Origin: a virus
IMG/VR virus record: IMGVR_UViG_3300022699_000293
Coordinates: 1-64,000 of that record
Strand: one strand, 5' to 3'
Length of the DNA stretch: 64,000 nucleotides
Each line of letters starts with the position of its first letter. The first letter of the stretch is position 1. The notes beneath the pieces are model-generated. The model made no database searches and had not been told where the DNA came from. It saw only the letters and a list, made by a program, of their open reading frames with translations. This document shows, in pieces, positions 54,283 through 63,904 of the stretch. The position numbers and the translations under genes are program-made.

Positions 54283-55194
54283 ATGGATTATAACGTTGAA
54301 ACACCTGAAGCAAGCGCACAGCTTATTAATTCTAGTTTCGTACGGAAGCTCGAAGAAGGTCGTGTGAAGGAAGCCGCAGACCAGAGTACAGCTTTTATTC
54401 GCGAAAAGCTACGTCAAGAAGCTGCCGTCCGAGAATTAATGGCTCCGGAAGGTATTTCTGAAGAAGAAATCGACCGGGACGAAGACACGGACCAACCAAA
54501 GAAAATTATCGACAAAGAACCGGACTCGTACGCTACATTCGTACAGTTCCAAGGTTCTGGTCCGCGCACATGGTTTAAAGGACCCCGTTACGCTATTTAT
54601 TTTGGTAAGGTAGAATCTCAGCGCTTTACCAAGAATAAATGGGAATTAATGTCCTATACCAGCGACATTAGGAAGATTCTGTCTGACAATTCTGTAAAGG
54701 ACATGGCAGACGAGGAAGATTCCAAGTGGAATAATCTCGTAACCGACATCATTAACGGGAACCCGCTAGAACAACGTACGGCAGGACCATTTCAAAGTAC
54801 CACGTTTAAGCGTGCTATGCAGAAAATGATCGGTCGTCGGCGTCCTATCGGTAAGATGCTAATGACGAAATATCGTTATTTCGATGCTTTAGATCTTCCC
54901 GCTTTGAGCGTTGGTGATGATATTGCTACGCGTCATTTTGACGAGGGTATCGAAGCTTCTGAAAAGTTATGGGGTCTTCCAGTAGTAACTACTATCAAGG
55001 GAGACATCTACGACGAAAGTAAAGCGTGGATCTTTTCACCGCAAAAGCCTAATAACTATTTAGGGAACTTTTACCTTCTGCAAGATGCTACATTGTTTAT
55101 CAAGCAAGAAGCAGATGTCATCATGTTCTGGAGTTACGAAGCTCCGGGTATTGGAATAGGTAATCGTTTATCGATGCAAGAAATTCAGTTCTAA
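54283..55194 (+). CDS. major capsid protein (putative, HK97 fold)
   Basis: 303 aa, strong AAGGAGG RBS, follows protease/scaffold/decoration; KDMADEED, LWGLPVVTTIK, YEAPGIGIGN. Confidence 0.7.
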   Translation: MDYNVETPEASAQLINSSFVRKLEEGRVKEAADQSTAFIREKLRQEAAVRELMAPEGISEEEIDRDEDTDQPKKIIDKEPDSYATFVQFQGSGPRTWFKGPRYAIYFGKVESQRFTKNKWELMSYTSDIRKILSDNSVKDMADEEDSKWNNLVTDIINGNPLEQRTAGPFQSTTFKRAMQKMIGRRRPIGKMLMTKYRYFDALDLPALSVGDDIATRHFDEGIEASEKLWGLPVVTTIKGDIYDESKAWIFSPQKPNNYLGNFYLLQDATLFIKQEADVIMFWSYEAPGIGIGNRLSMQEIQF

Positions 55195-55233
55195 TAGTGT
55201 CTTGTCACAAAAGTCTACTAAGGGAGTTTAACT

Positions 55234-55725
55234 GTGAAGTACGTTAAATTGGAGAATTTAACTGATAACCGTCTTTCTTTTTCTGGTTTACGTGACGGTG
55301 AAGGTCGACCCTTACGTATCGAACCTCGTCAAGTTGCGCTAGTTCACCCTCGAGTTCCTGACCACCCTAAAGTAAAAGGATTGCTAGGTACTCTTGTCAA
55401 AGTTGTTAAATCTGGAAATGAAGCAAAAGTTAAAAATAAAGAAACTGCTCCTATTAAAGAAAAGCCAGAACTCAATGATAAAGAAAAGTTACCTGTAAAA
55501 GAAAAAACGGTTAAAGAAGAAGACGAAAAAGAATTGACGGAATATGTTCCAAAAGAACTATATCTAGAAGCTCCTGGAATTACTGAAAAAAACGTTGATT
55601 CTGTTTTTGGTAAATTTTCTAATCTAAAAGAATTAGCGTCAGCCAAAGAAAAAGATTTAGTTGGTTGCGGTGTGCAAAAATCTTTTGCTGGGCGTGTGAT
55701 TGATTGGGCAAAAGAACAAGCCTAA
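55234..55725 (+). CDS. protein with Lys/Glu linker and C-terminal helix-hairpin-helix-like domain
   Basis: APGITEK, LVGCGVQKSFA. Confidence 0.55.
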   Translation: MKYVKLENLTDNRLSFSGLRDGEGRPLRIEPRQVALVHPRVPDHPKVKGLLGTLVKVVKSGNEAKVKNKETAPIKEKPELNDKEKLPVKEKTVKEEDEKELTEYVPKELYLEAPGITEKNVDSVFGKFSNLKELASAKEKDLVGCGVQKSFAGRVIDWAKEQA

Positions 55726-55792
55726 GCATATAATTATTTCGTTAAATTCTTTTGTACTTTAATCTCCCTTATAGTTGCCGTATCCTTATAAT

Positions 55793-56068
55793 ATGGCAAC
55801 GAAAGTAGACCATAATTACCCAACGGTTGACGCTCTAACTGTTACAGATTCTGAAACATTAGAACCTGTACAGTACGCAATCATTAGAATTTATCATGCT
55901 GACAGCTATCCTACTACCTCAGATTCTTATACTTGGGTAGGAGGTACGATTACAAATGAAAGGGGGCGATGGGCAGATCCTATTTTTTTGGATGATGGTC
56001 TTGAGTGGGTAGTCGAAATTACTCGAGAATTAACATACGACACGCAAACAGTGAACATTACAACATGA
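55793..56068 (+). CDS. small beta-sandwich virion protein (paralog A)
   Basis: VDHNYP...IRIY...TNERGRW...WVV. Confidence 0.6.
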   Translation: MATKVDHNYPTVDALTVTDSETLEPVQYAIIRIYHADSYPTTSDSYTWVGGTITNERGRWADPIFLDDGLEWVVEITRELTYDTQTVNITT

Positions 56069-56334
56069 GTGTTACAGTAGACCATAATTACCCACATCGA
56101 AATGATCTAAAAATTGTAGATCATGCAGGTGCTCCTTTAGAAAATGTAGAAATTAGGATTTTTGCTTTAGAGAAATTTTTGGCTTGTGACACAAATGTAC
56201 CTGTCGCACAAACAACTACTAACCATAAAGGTGAATGGACGGACAGTATCGAATTACCAGACGGTCGCTCATGGGTTGTACATTTTCAAAAATTAGGTGT
56301 AGTTGGTCCTGCACATCGTGAAATTATTACTTGA
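56065..56334 (+). CDS. small beta-sandwich virion protein (paralog B)
   Basis: ATGA overlap; VDHNYP...IRIF...TNHKGEW...WVV. Confidence 0.6.
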   Translation: MSVTVDHNYPHRNDLKIVDHAGAPLENVEIRIFALEKFLACDTNVPVAQTTTNHKGEWTDSIELPDGRSWVVHFQKLGVVGPAHREIIT

Positions 56335-56343
56335 GGTGCTGTT

Positions 56344-56943
56344 ATGTCTTCTTCGAGTTCCACACCCCCTTCTACTTACAGGCTTGGTAACAATGGAAGT
56401 GCTTATAAATGGATTGAACGAGAATTGCAACGTCTTGATAAAGGTAAAACAGATAAATCCCATTGCACACCTACAACAAGCGCTATAAATGGAAAATTGA
56501 AAGATCTAGGACGAGAAATTCATGATCTAAAACAAGAACTAGACAAGGACATAACAGGAATACAGGATGTAGCTTCCGAAGCTCGTAAAAAAGCTATCAA
56601 TCTTGTTTGTCCTAATGAAGCAAGGGTGAATGCTATGGAAAAAACCGTAAGTCTTTGGAGCTCATGGTTAATTAGAGGATTGGCAACTATTATTATCTTG
56701 TTACTGACTGCTGGTGGAGGTTGGGTTTATTCTTATGTACGCTTAGAAGAAACCGCTAAAACTGCCAGTAAAGCTGTAGACTCTTTCAAGGGTACTGTTG
56801 AGCATGTGCGCATGGAACAGAAAAAACAGCAAGAAACTCTTGAACGCATAGAACGTACGAATGATATTGCTTCTAACAATTTAAAAGATGTTTTGAAGCA
56901 AGCTCTTGCAGAAGCTCTAGAAAAAGCAGATGAAGATTCTTAG
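56344..56943 (+). CDS. single-pass membrane coiled-coil protein (possible lysis-related)
   Basis: Hydrophobic stretch WLIRGLATIIILLLTAGGGWVYSY flanked by coiled coils. Confidence 0.55.
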   Translation: MSSSSSTPPSTYRLGNNGSAYKWIERELQRLDKGKTDKSHCTPTTSAINGKLKDLGREIHDLKQELDKDITGIQDVASEARKKAINLVCPNEARVNAMEKTVSLWSSWLIRGLATIIILLLTAGGGWVYSYVRLEETAKTASKAVDSFKGTVEHVRMEQKKQQETLERIERTNDIASNNLKDVLKQALAEALEKADEDS

Positions 56944-56986
56944 AAATAGGCTATAATGTAATTAGAAATAATTAGAGGAGGCTCGA

Positions 56987-57790
56987 ATGCCCAAAGTCAT
57001 ACCCACACGTACGCTAGATTCTAATACACTTGTAGGCCACGCTCTTATAGGAGTGCGCCAACGTGTTGACGGTACTAAACAAATTACGGGGGTATCTCCA
57101 ACTATAACCGGACCCCCTGCAATACGTCCTTGGGACGGAGTTATGTTTAATAAAGATTTGTACACTTATGCAGACATACAATCCGAATGTTTAGTCGGGG
57201 ATTCTGCAAACATTAATGCTCAAGTTATTCTAAAGGCTCTAGACGAAACTGTAGACGCACAAAAAATGACAGTAACTGTCGCGGAATCCACGGCCGCTTC
57301 AGTTACAGTAGTCGGGCGTGTGATTAGAATCAATTTTGTTCCTGGAGTCACTACTTATGCTAACATTAACGCTATGCTTGGAGCGCATCCTGATTTACCT
57401 CTTAGTTTAGCTTTTATTTTGCCAGGGACAGGAGCTCCTAATGTGTTTGCGCAAGATAAGCTATATTTCAAACAACCAGCATTAACGCAAGCAGTCCAGG
57501 ATGACGGGGGGATTTTCAGGTTCGCGGAAACAGAACGTTGCTATACCTTACAAGCAATTAGCTTAGTGTGCGGAGCAGGGTCTACTGTAGATGCGTATAT
57601 CCAAGATGCGGGTGGTGGGCATCCCAGAAAAATTTTAGCGGGTGTCAGCGGAGTAGCCGACGACCACCAAATAGACTTACCTCTTTTATCTAATGAAGAA
57701 GTACTAATCGAAGAAACTGTATCAGGAGGTCCCGCACCAGGAACCGATAAATATATAACACTTTACCTCGTAAATACTAATTCAAGTTAA
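56987..57790 (+). CDS. putative virion structural protein
   Basis: beta-rich composition; TATAAT at 56952 and GAGGAGG RBS. Confidence 0.6.
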   Translation: MPKVIPTRTLDSNTLVGHALIGVRQRVDGTKQITGVSPTITGPPAIRPWDGVMFNKDLYTYADIQSECLVGDSANINAQVILKALDETVDAQKMTVTVAESTAASVTVVGRVIRINFVPGVTTYANINAMLGAHPDLPLSLAFILPGTGAPNVFAQDKLYFKQPALTQAVQDDGGIFRFAETERCYTLQAISLVCGAGSTVDAYIQDAGGGHPRKILAGVSGVADDHQIDLPLLSNEEVLIEETVSGGPAPGTDKYITLYLVNTNSS

Positions 57791-57792
57791 AA

Positions 57793-58296
57793 ATGGCTAC
57801 TTCATTAAATCCGAATGCTGCTCCTCTAACAATGGACGTGATCCGTATGTTCTTACGGGATCAACCAGAAAAAAATCCTTTGTTGGAAGATGTTGAATGG
57901 GAACCAGAAGAGATCAATAACGCAATAGATTTAGCTGTATCTAAATACAATGCTATGACCCCTATTACCCGCACTTATCCGGAACAAATGAATGCTTGGT
58001 TGTTGTTGAGTGGTGTGTGCTGTATTTTATTTCGCTCAGAGGGAGCGCGACAATTAAGAAACCAAGTTCAGGCGCAAGATGGCGGTATCGCTCCTGTTGG
58101 TCTGGATGAAAAAGAATCTCTGTATATGCGTTGGGCTGACTGGTTCTGTCAAGAATTCGAACATTTGGCTCGAGGTATAAAAACTCAAGCTAATATGGAA
58201 GGTGGATGGGGAGGTTTGACAAGTGGGGGTGGTGGTGCATATGGTAAAGTGTCTTCAGGGTATCGTTGGACAGGGCGATGGTATCGTAGGAGTTAA
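57793..58296 (+). CDS. putative head-tail adaptor/neck protein
   Basis: IRMFLRD...EEI..AI..A helical pattern; position after the capsid genes. Confidence 0.5.
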   Translation: MATSLNPNAAPLTMDVIRMFLRDQPEKNPLLEDVEWEPEEINNAIDLAVSKYNAMTPITRTYPEQMNAWLLLSGVCCILFRSEGARQLRNQVQAQDGGIAPVGLDEKESLYMRWADWFCQEFEHLARGIKTQANMEGGWGGLTSGGGGAYGKVSSGYRWTGRWYRRS

Positions 58297-58307
58297 GGAG
58301 AATTTTT

Positions 58308-58619
58308 ATGAATCCGAAATTACGTGAAAAAATAGCACAATTTTTAGAACAACAAGGTGTATTTATTAAAGAGGCGATATCCTCTAGAGCTGTTGGGTCT
58401 GCGGGAGAAAGTCTAGGCGGACTTTTAGCAAAACATAGAGGAAAGATAGGATTAATTGGTGGTTTAGCAGGGGGTGGAGGTACCGCAGCAGGTGTAGCAG
58501 CATTAGGTAAAGAAGAATTGCAGAATCAACAAGAAGCCGCAGAACTGAACCAATTGTTGGAAGCCTATCCTGAATTGCTATACACAACACCTACAACACC
58601 TTATACGCCACCTCAGTAA
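58308..58619 (+). CDS. small glycine-zipper protein with K-x-A motifs
   Basis: EKIAQ, IKEAI; GLIGGLAGGGGTAAGVAALG. Confidence 0.55.
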   Translation: MNPKLREKIAQFLEQQGVFIKEAISSRAVGSAGESLGGLLAKHRGKIGLIGGLAGGGGTAAGVAALGKEELQNQQEAAELNQLLEAYPELLYTTPTTPYTPPQ

Positions 58620-58632
58620 GGATTAATCTTTT

Positions 58633-59496
58633 ATGGGAACTCCTTATTCCCAGACTTACGGGAAGCAACGTACTCCCGCATTGCCTAAAAACTTTAGTGT
58701 AGAAATTACACGCACTGTAGCGGCTTATCCTAAACAAGTATTTGTTCAGTGGACATTAAGAAAACCTCCTTCAGGTACAGGATTCACGTTTGATATTTAC
58801 CGCTCAGGATCCTCAGAAGGTCCTTGGGAAGAGTTAGCTACAGATTTAGTAGATACTTTTTTTTATGTTGATGCTAAGTTTGGAAAAAAACACGATGCAA
58901 ATCTTTTTTCTATCCAGCGTGTTATCTACTATCGCATAGTCTGTCATTATACAGACGTAACTGTAGAAGATATTAGACAACTAGAGCCTGGTTTAGACCG
59001 GAGGAGAAAAGGTATACGCCGTAAATTAATTCGAGACGCGTCTAAAGCTCTTAAATTAGTGACGGGAACCGAAGTAGCTATTTTAAAAAAACGTCGTTGG
59101 GGCGAACGTTGTACCCATTGTGTTTCTAAGGGAACTTCTCAAAATGTTCGTGCCCATTGTGCTTATTGTTGGGGTACAGGATTTCTCCATGGTTATTGGG
59201 ATCCTGTATACGGTTACGCGCAACGTCGTAGAGTTCCTGTACAGACACAAATAGCTCCAGAAGGAAACGTAGAAACGCACAGAATAGAGATCCTAATGCT
59301 GAATGTGCCTAAAGTAGAACCTGGAGATTTGTTGATTTTTCTCAGAGACGACACCAGATATTTGGTAGAAATGTCCAACCCCACACAGTTACACTCTGTA
59401 GACGTACACCAAGAAGTACAAGTTTCTGAATTATCTAGATCTTCGAGAGAATATGGGCCTCCCGTTGATCCTTGGCATGACCCTGTATGGTTTTGA
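58633..59496 (+). CDS. putative neck/head-closure protein
   Basis: FN3-like start (VQW...FDIYRS....GPW) and CTHC...HCAYCWGTGF..GY Zn motif. Confidence 0.5.
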   Translation: MGTPYSQTYGKQRTPALPKNFSVEITRTVAAYPKQVFVQWTLRKPPSGTGFTFDIYRSGSSEGPWEELATDLVDTFFYVDAKFGKKHDANLFSIQRVIYYRIVCHYTDVTVEDIRQLEPGLDRRRKGIRRKLIRDASKALKLVTGTEVAILKKRRWGERCTHCVSKGTSQNVRAHCAYCWGTGFLHGYWDPVYGYAQRRRVPVQTQIAPEGNVETHRIEILMLNVPKVEPGDLLIFLRDDTRYLVEMSNPTQLHSVDVHQEVQVSELSRSSREYGPPVDPWHDPVWF

Positions 59497-59498
59497 AC

Positions 59499-60230
59499 AT
59501 GGGTGGTATAGTTATAACTCAGCCAGAAAATTCTCCTCGTTTACGAGGAGAGCATCAAGACATTGTACCGGGTACTCCCCTGGCTGTTATTGGTGTGTGG
59601 TTAGCAGCTCTGCGTTATAGGTTTAACGACAATCGTGGAGAACCTCTTCCGTGGGTTTGGGATCCTGATTTACGTCCTGAGGATGATGAAAATGCTCAAC
59701 CTAGAAATGAAGAAAATGGAGAACCTCGAAAATTACTGATTGAAGCAGCTTTTCATACAGAAAAAGAAGTTAGAAATTACCGGCCAGCTATTTATGTAGA
59801 TCGAGGTACTATTACGCCTATGAAGCACCACGTAGATAACTTCGTAGGCAAGTACATTCCTACAAATTATAAAGCTTTTCATGCTATGGCGGACATGCCC
59901 ATTTCGTTTTTGGTGGATTCCGAATCAGCTGGAGAATGTAGCTTAATTGCAGATACTGCTTGGTTTTTTGTTTTAGCCACGCGAGATATTTTCAGAAAAG
60001 ACTTTGGTTTTCATGAAATTTCCAATCCCGTAATGGGGCCTACACAACCCCAACCAGCACAAGATAAAACTGTATGGCAAACTTCCATTGACTTTAATGT
60101 ACAATTTGATTTGCGTTGGACTACAAAACCCGTTGCTCCATTCTTGCAAGACATCAGTTTAAAAATTAAAAAATCGTCGGATGCACAGTTACTTTACCAC
60201 GAGATAGCACTACGCGAATCTCAAGAATGA
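59499..60230 (+). CDS. putative tail completion/terminator protein
   Basis: RPAIYVDRG motif; immediately upstream of the sheath. Confidence 0.45.
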   Translation: MGGIVITQPENSPRLRGEHQDIVPGTPLAVIGVWLAALRYRFNDNRGEPLPWVWDPDLRPEDDENAQPRNEENGEPRKLLIEAAFHTEKEVRNYRPAIYVDRGTITPMKHHVDNFVGKYIPTNYKAFHAMADMPISFLVDSESAGECSLIADTAWFFVLATRDIFRKDFGFHEISNPVMGPTQPQPAQDKTVWQTSIDFNVQFDLRWTTKPVAPFLQDISLKIKKSSDAQLLYHEIALRESQE

Positions 60231-60280
60231 CCGTATAATTGTGCGCGTAGACAAGAAGTTTCAGACGTGGAGGATATCCC

Positions 60281-63184
60281 ATGGCTATGCAACGACCTAA
60301 CGTACTTGTTTTCCAAGAATACGAATCTATTACTGTAGCTCCGGACATCCCTGATTTGGATGTCCTCGTTGTGGGTTACGCGTATCAAATTTTAGATTAC
60401 TTAGATGATAAATCTGATTGTCAAGCAGAATCAGACTATGGAACAGAAAAAGGGGATATCCCTGTAGCCGGTGGTGACAACTATACCTCACCTTCTCAAG
60501 TTGTTTTATCCGACCCTCCCAATGTAAAGGCTGGAGGGGTATTAGTAGAGGATAGTGTTTCTATTTATTTTGATAGCGTAGAAGCTGTTATTGCAGAGCA
60601 TGATGGTGCGGCCAACTCTTACGGACGATATCTCACAGGAGATAATCTTTTTTGGGCTAACAGTACAGATGGTTCGTCTCCCCTTCCAGGCGCAACAGGA
60701 CAACATCTAGGTCAAGCGGGTATCGCACCTGGTGACTTATTGTTTGTACAACAAAACGCCGGTGGTTCCGCAGATATTCAGAAAACAGTGAGAGAGTTAT
60801 GTTACACATTTTACGATGGTAGTGTCTCTGCTCTTCAATTTGTGACTAACGGTGTTTCTCCTGGAGACACTATGACCGTTTGGAATGACGGGGCTGGAAC
60901 GTCTAGAGACGGGGAATACACAGTAAAACGTGTGTTAAGTGAAACTGTTTTAGAAGTTGAAGAAACTATCCCAGGTGCGGGGAATCTAGCAGCGGCACCA
61001 AACTGTTATATCCGTATTCAAGCTCCTTCAGGCACAATTCGAGTAGAGAACACAACTCCTGCAGACGGAGCTCTGTACGATTGGTGTAACGCGCGTACAA
61101 ATTCAGATTTTGGGTCTGATTATGTAGGTCCTCCTCCGGGAGCATCGTCAGAAAAATGGCGTTTTGAAAGAGAGTTAACGGATGTAGAGTTAGGTGATTC
61201 AGATTATTCAATTAGTGATAATACCATCACTCTTAATGGAAGTATCACAATCGATGTGAGTCCTTCATTGTTAGGTTGTGCCGTTACGTACTCAAAAATT
61301 TATGTCGAGTATCAAGCGTTAAGAACAGACTTGCAAGACGTTACAACGTTATCATCGACATCTGAAATGGCCTCTACATTGGGTAAGTTAGATGCTCGTA
61401 ACCCACTGTATGTCGGGGCTCATGTAGCTATGGCCAATACAACTACGCCTATTAAAATTTACGGTCTAGGAAATTTTGCTAGTGAGTTATTGGCTTATCA
61501 GGACTTTATTGACCGTATTAGTTCAGAACGAAACGTGTACGCTATTGTTCCACTCACGTATAGTTCTTCCGTATACGGTGCTTTGAAAGCCATGACGGAA
61601 AACTTAGCAGACCCTAATTACGTTTTAGATAACGGTGTACGTCAAAAATTCCGGATGATTTTGGGTGCGATTGAGTTAGAAACCAAAAAAGTTGTTGATG
61701 ACGTTACTGGTGGCGCATCTACCCTTCAAAAAACAGGGACTAAACCTATTCCTGCAACCAATGATGACTATCTGACAGCTAAACTATCAGGTACTATCTT
61801 GCCTGCTCTAGGGGACGCGGGTGCTAAGCTGGTACCTGGAGATATTTTTGAAGTTAAGTTGTGGGACGGTGCCGCAAACCATACGTATCAATTTACAGTC
61901 GCACATTACAACGGATTGAATGTAGGTGTAGAAAACTTAGAAATCGATTTACGTGCATCGGAACCTGTAGGACAACAAGCATTACCTGTATGGGGTGGTG
62001 CTCCAGGAACATGGAATGATTGGTCTGCTCCGTATGATTTGGACAATACGGGAATTCCTGGAGGTAGCGAACAGCATATCGATATTTTGGATGGTTCGAC
62101 AGGGCTGACAAAAATAGGCGGGCCAATTGCCCCGGGAGCTGCGGCTGGTGAAATTATTGTTGAAGCAGACGAGTTAGATGACTACTACTTGATCTTAAAA
62201 TCTCCAGGTGCGACTTTCATTTCTGACGGTGTTACTCCGGGAGATTTGCTACAAATGGCCGTTAACTGTGAATCTGATCCTGGAGATTGGGACGATGAAG
62301 CAGTGTTGCAAGAATGGACTATTAATACAGTACTCAGTGAAGAACGTGTAGAAATTGTAAATGAAGGTTCGAATACTTCTACCGTGGCTAACGAATTACC
62401 CCATAATTTCAAACGTTCTCTAGTGAGCGGTGTATTGGAAGAGGTGACTAACGGAGATATTTACTTCCGTATCATGCGAGATATGGATAAGACAGAACAA
62501 GTCGACAATATGGTATCGGTCGCATCTAGTTTCTCGAGTCAAAGATTAGTTCTCGCATATCCGGATTCTGTGGATGTTTCAAACCTAGTTGATGGAAGCA
62601 AAGACCGTTACGGTGCAAATACTGCTGCAGAAGCAGATCCTCAACCAGGTTACTATTTATCTTGTGCTATCGGGGGACAAACTGCTGGACAACCTTCACA
62701 GCAAGGTTTTACTAATTTAGGAATTAACGGAATTTCGAAAATCTACAATTCTCGAAATTATTTTACAGAAAAGCAACTTACTGATTTGTCCAATGGTGGT
62801 GTGTACGTGTTTGTGCAAGATACGCCAGCAGCATTGCCGTACACTATTCACGAAGTGACTACTGATACGACAGCTATAGAGACTGGCGAATACATGAACA
62901 TCAAGAATTTTGATTTCATTTCTTGGACATTTTTAGATACGTTACTGCCATTCTTAGGTATTTGGAACGTTACTCCAGAAACTATCGAGTATATCCGTCA
63001 AGCCTTACGTACCGTTCAAGAAAACTTAAAAGCTCGATACGTAACTAAAATTGGTCCACCTTTAATAGATGCTGTAATCGATACAGTTGAAGAATCAGAG
63101 TTAAGTAGTGATCGTATAGAAGCATATGTCAGCGTGGATTTACCTGCAGTATTGAATACAATAGGTCTACATTTAGTAGCGTAA
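60281..63184 (+). CDS. contractile tail sheath protein with large insertions
   Basis: N-terminal RPNVLVFQE; YAIVPLT; C-terminal PGYYL...G, QQGFTN, FTEKQL..L..GG, HEVTTD, P..LN.I.LHL. Confidence 0.8.
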   Translation: MAMQRPNVLVFQEYESITVAPDIPDLDVLVVGYAYQILDYLDDKSDCQAESDYGTEKGDIPVAGGDNYTSPSQVVLSDPPNVKAGGVLVEDSVSIYFDSVEAVIAEHDGAANSYGRYLTGDNLFWANSTDGSSPLPGATGQHLGQAGIAPGDLLFVQQNAGGSADIQKTVRELCYTFYDGSVSALQFVTNGVSPGDTMTVWNDGAGTSRDGEYTVKRVLSETVLEVEETIPGAGNLAAAPNCYIRIQAPSGTIRVENTTPADGALYDWCNARTNSDFGSDYVGPPPGASSEKWRFERELTDVELGDSDYSISDNTITLNGSITIDVSPSLLGCAVTYSKIYVEYQALRTDLQDVTTLSSTSEMASTLGKLDARNPLYVGAHVAMANTTTPIKIYGLGNFASELLAYQDFIDRISSERNVYAIVPLTYSSSVYGALKAMTENLADPNYVLDNGVRQKFRMILGAIELETKKVVDDVTGGASTLQKTGTKPIPATNDDYLTAKLSGTILPALGDAGAKLVPGDIFEVKLWDGAANHTYQFTVAHYNGLNVGVENLEIDLRASEPVGQQALPVWGGAPGTWNDWSAPYDLDNTGIPGGSEQHIDILDGSTGLTKIGGPIAPGAAAGEIIVEADELDDYYLILKSPGATFISDGVTPGDLLQMAVNCESDPGDWDDEAVLQEWTINTVLSEERVEIVNEGSNTSTVANELPHNFKRSLVSGVLEEVTNGDIYFRIMRDMDKTEQVDNMVSVASSFSSQRLVLAYPDSVDVSNLVDGSKDRYGANTAAEADPQPGYYLSCAIGGQTAGQPSQQGFTNLGINGISKIYNSRNYFTEKQLTDLSNGGVYVFVQDTPAALPYTIHEVTTDTTAIETGEYMNIKNFDFISWTFLDTLLPFLGIWNVTPETIEYIRQALRTVQENLKARYVTKIGPPLIDAVIDTVEESELSSDRIEAYVSVDLPAVLNTIGLHLVA

Positions 63185-63903
63185 TGGCAATGTTGGATAC
63201 CAAAGATTTGATTAAAATAGCACAGCTTTTAGGAACAACTAGGGCTTTGTTAGATGCCGGTTATTCTGAAAAAAATGTAAAGTTAGCTTTCATGCAAACT
63301 GACATTTTTTCTGAATACGTAGCTGAGACTTTTACAAAAGAAGCTTCTGGAATAAGTTCAGAAGATTTGATGGTTAAAGAAGCTTTATGGGGTGCAGTAG
63401 CCAACATAGGATCTAAAATTTTACCCTGGTTAACCCGCACTGGGAGTAAACTTGTAGGTAGTGCAAAAACTATAGGTAGCGCTACCGGAAAAGCACAAAG
63501 ACGTTTGATGCAAGGCGGTAAAATACCTCGATTAGCTGGAAAAGTAGTTGGGGGAGCCGGGCACATTGCAGGAAAAACTACTAAAGGGTTGGGTAAAAAA
63601 ACATTTCAAGCTACCCAAGCTTTACGCCAAGCTGGTCGAGGTATGCAAACAGCTCCTTTTAAAACTTTAGGAAAAGGTATGCTTAATTTCGGAAAAGGTG
63701 CTGTTATTGGTGGAGGGAAAGGTATTGGAGGCACTCTAGGCAAAGGTACGCTTTACGGGGGATTGGCCTATACAGGAGCTTCTATGTTGGGGGGTAGTAG
63801 TGGGGGTAGACAAATCCCACAAAATATGAGAAACTTACCACAGATAAGTCCAACGACTGCGCAACAATATGGAAGTGCAGGTCGTAGCTTTTACGGAGGA
63901 TAA
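63184..63903 (+). CDS. basic Gly-rich protein with N-terminal K-x-A-rich segment; putative head cargo
   Basis: IKIAQLLGTTRALLDAG, KLAF, KEAS, KEAL, then Lys/Gly-rich amphipathic segments. Confidence 0.55.
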   Translation: MAMLDTKDLIKIAQLLGTTRALLDAGYSEKNVKLAFMQTDIFSEYVAETFTKEASGISSEDLMVKEALWGAVANIGSKILPWLTRTGSKLVGSAKTIGSATGKAQRRLMQGGKIPRLAGKVVGGAGHIAGKTTKGLGKKTFQATQALRQAGRGMQTAPFKTLGKGMLNFGKGAVIGGGKGIGGTLGKGTLYGGLAYTGASMLGGSSGGRQIPQNMRNLPQISPTTAQQYGSAGRSFYGG

Positions 63904-63904
63904 G

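Noticed and set aside
55800-56100. 18-nt direct repeat as a DGR TR/VR or attachment site
   Set aside because: It is explained by the shared N-terminus (VDHNYP) of two paralogous genes
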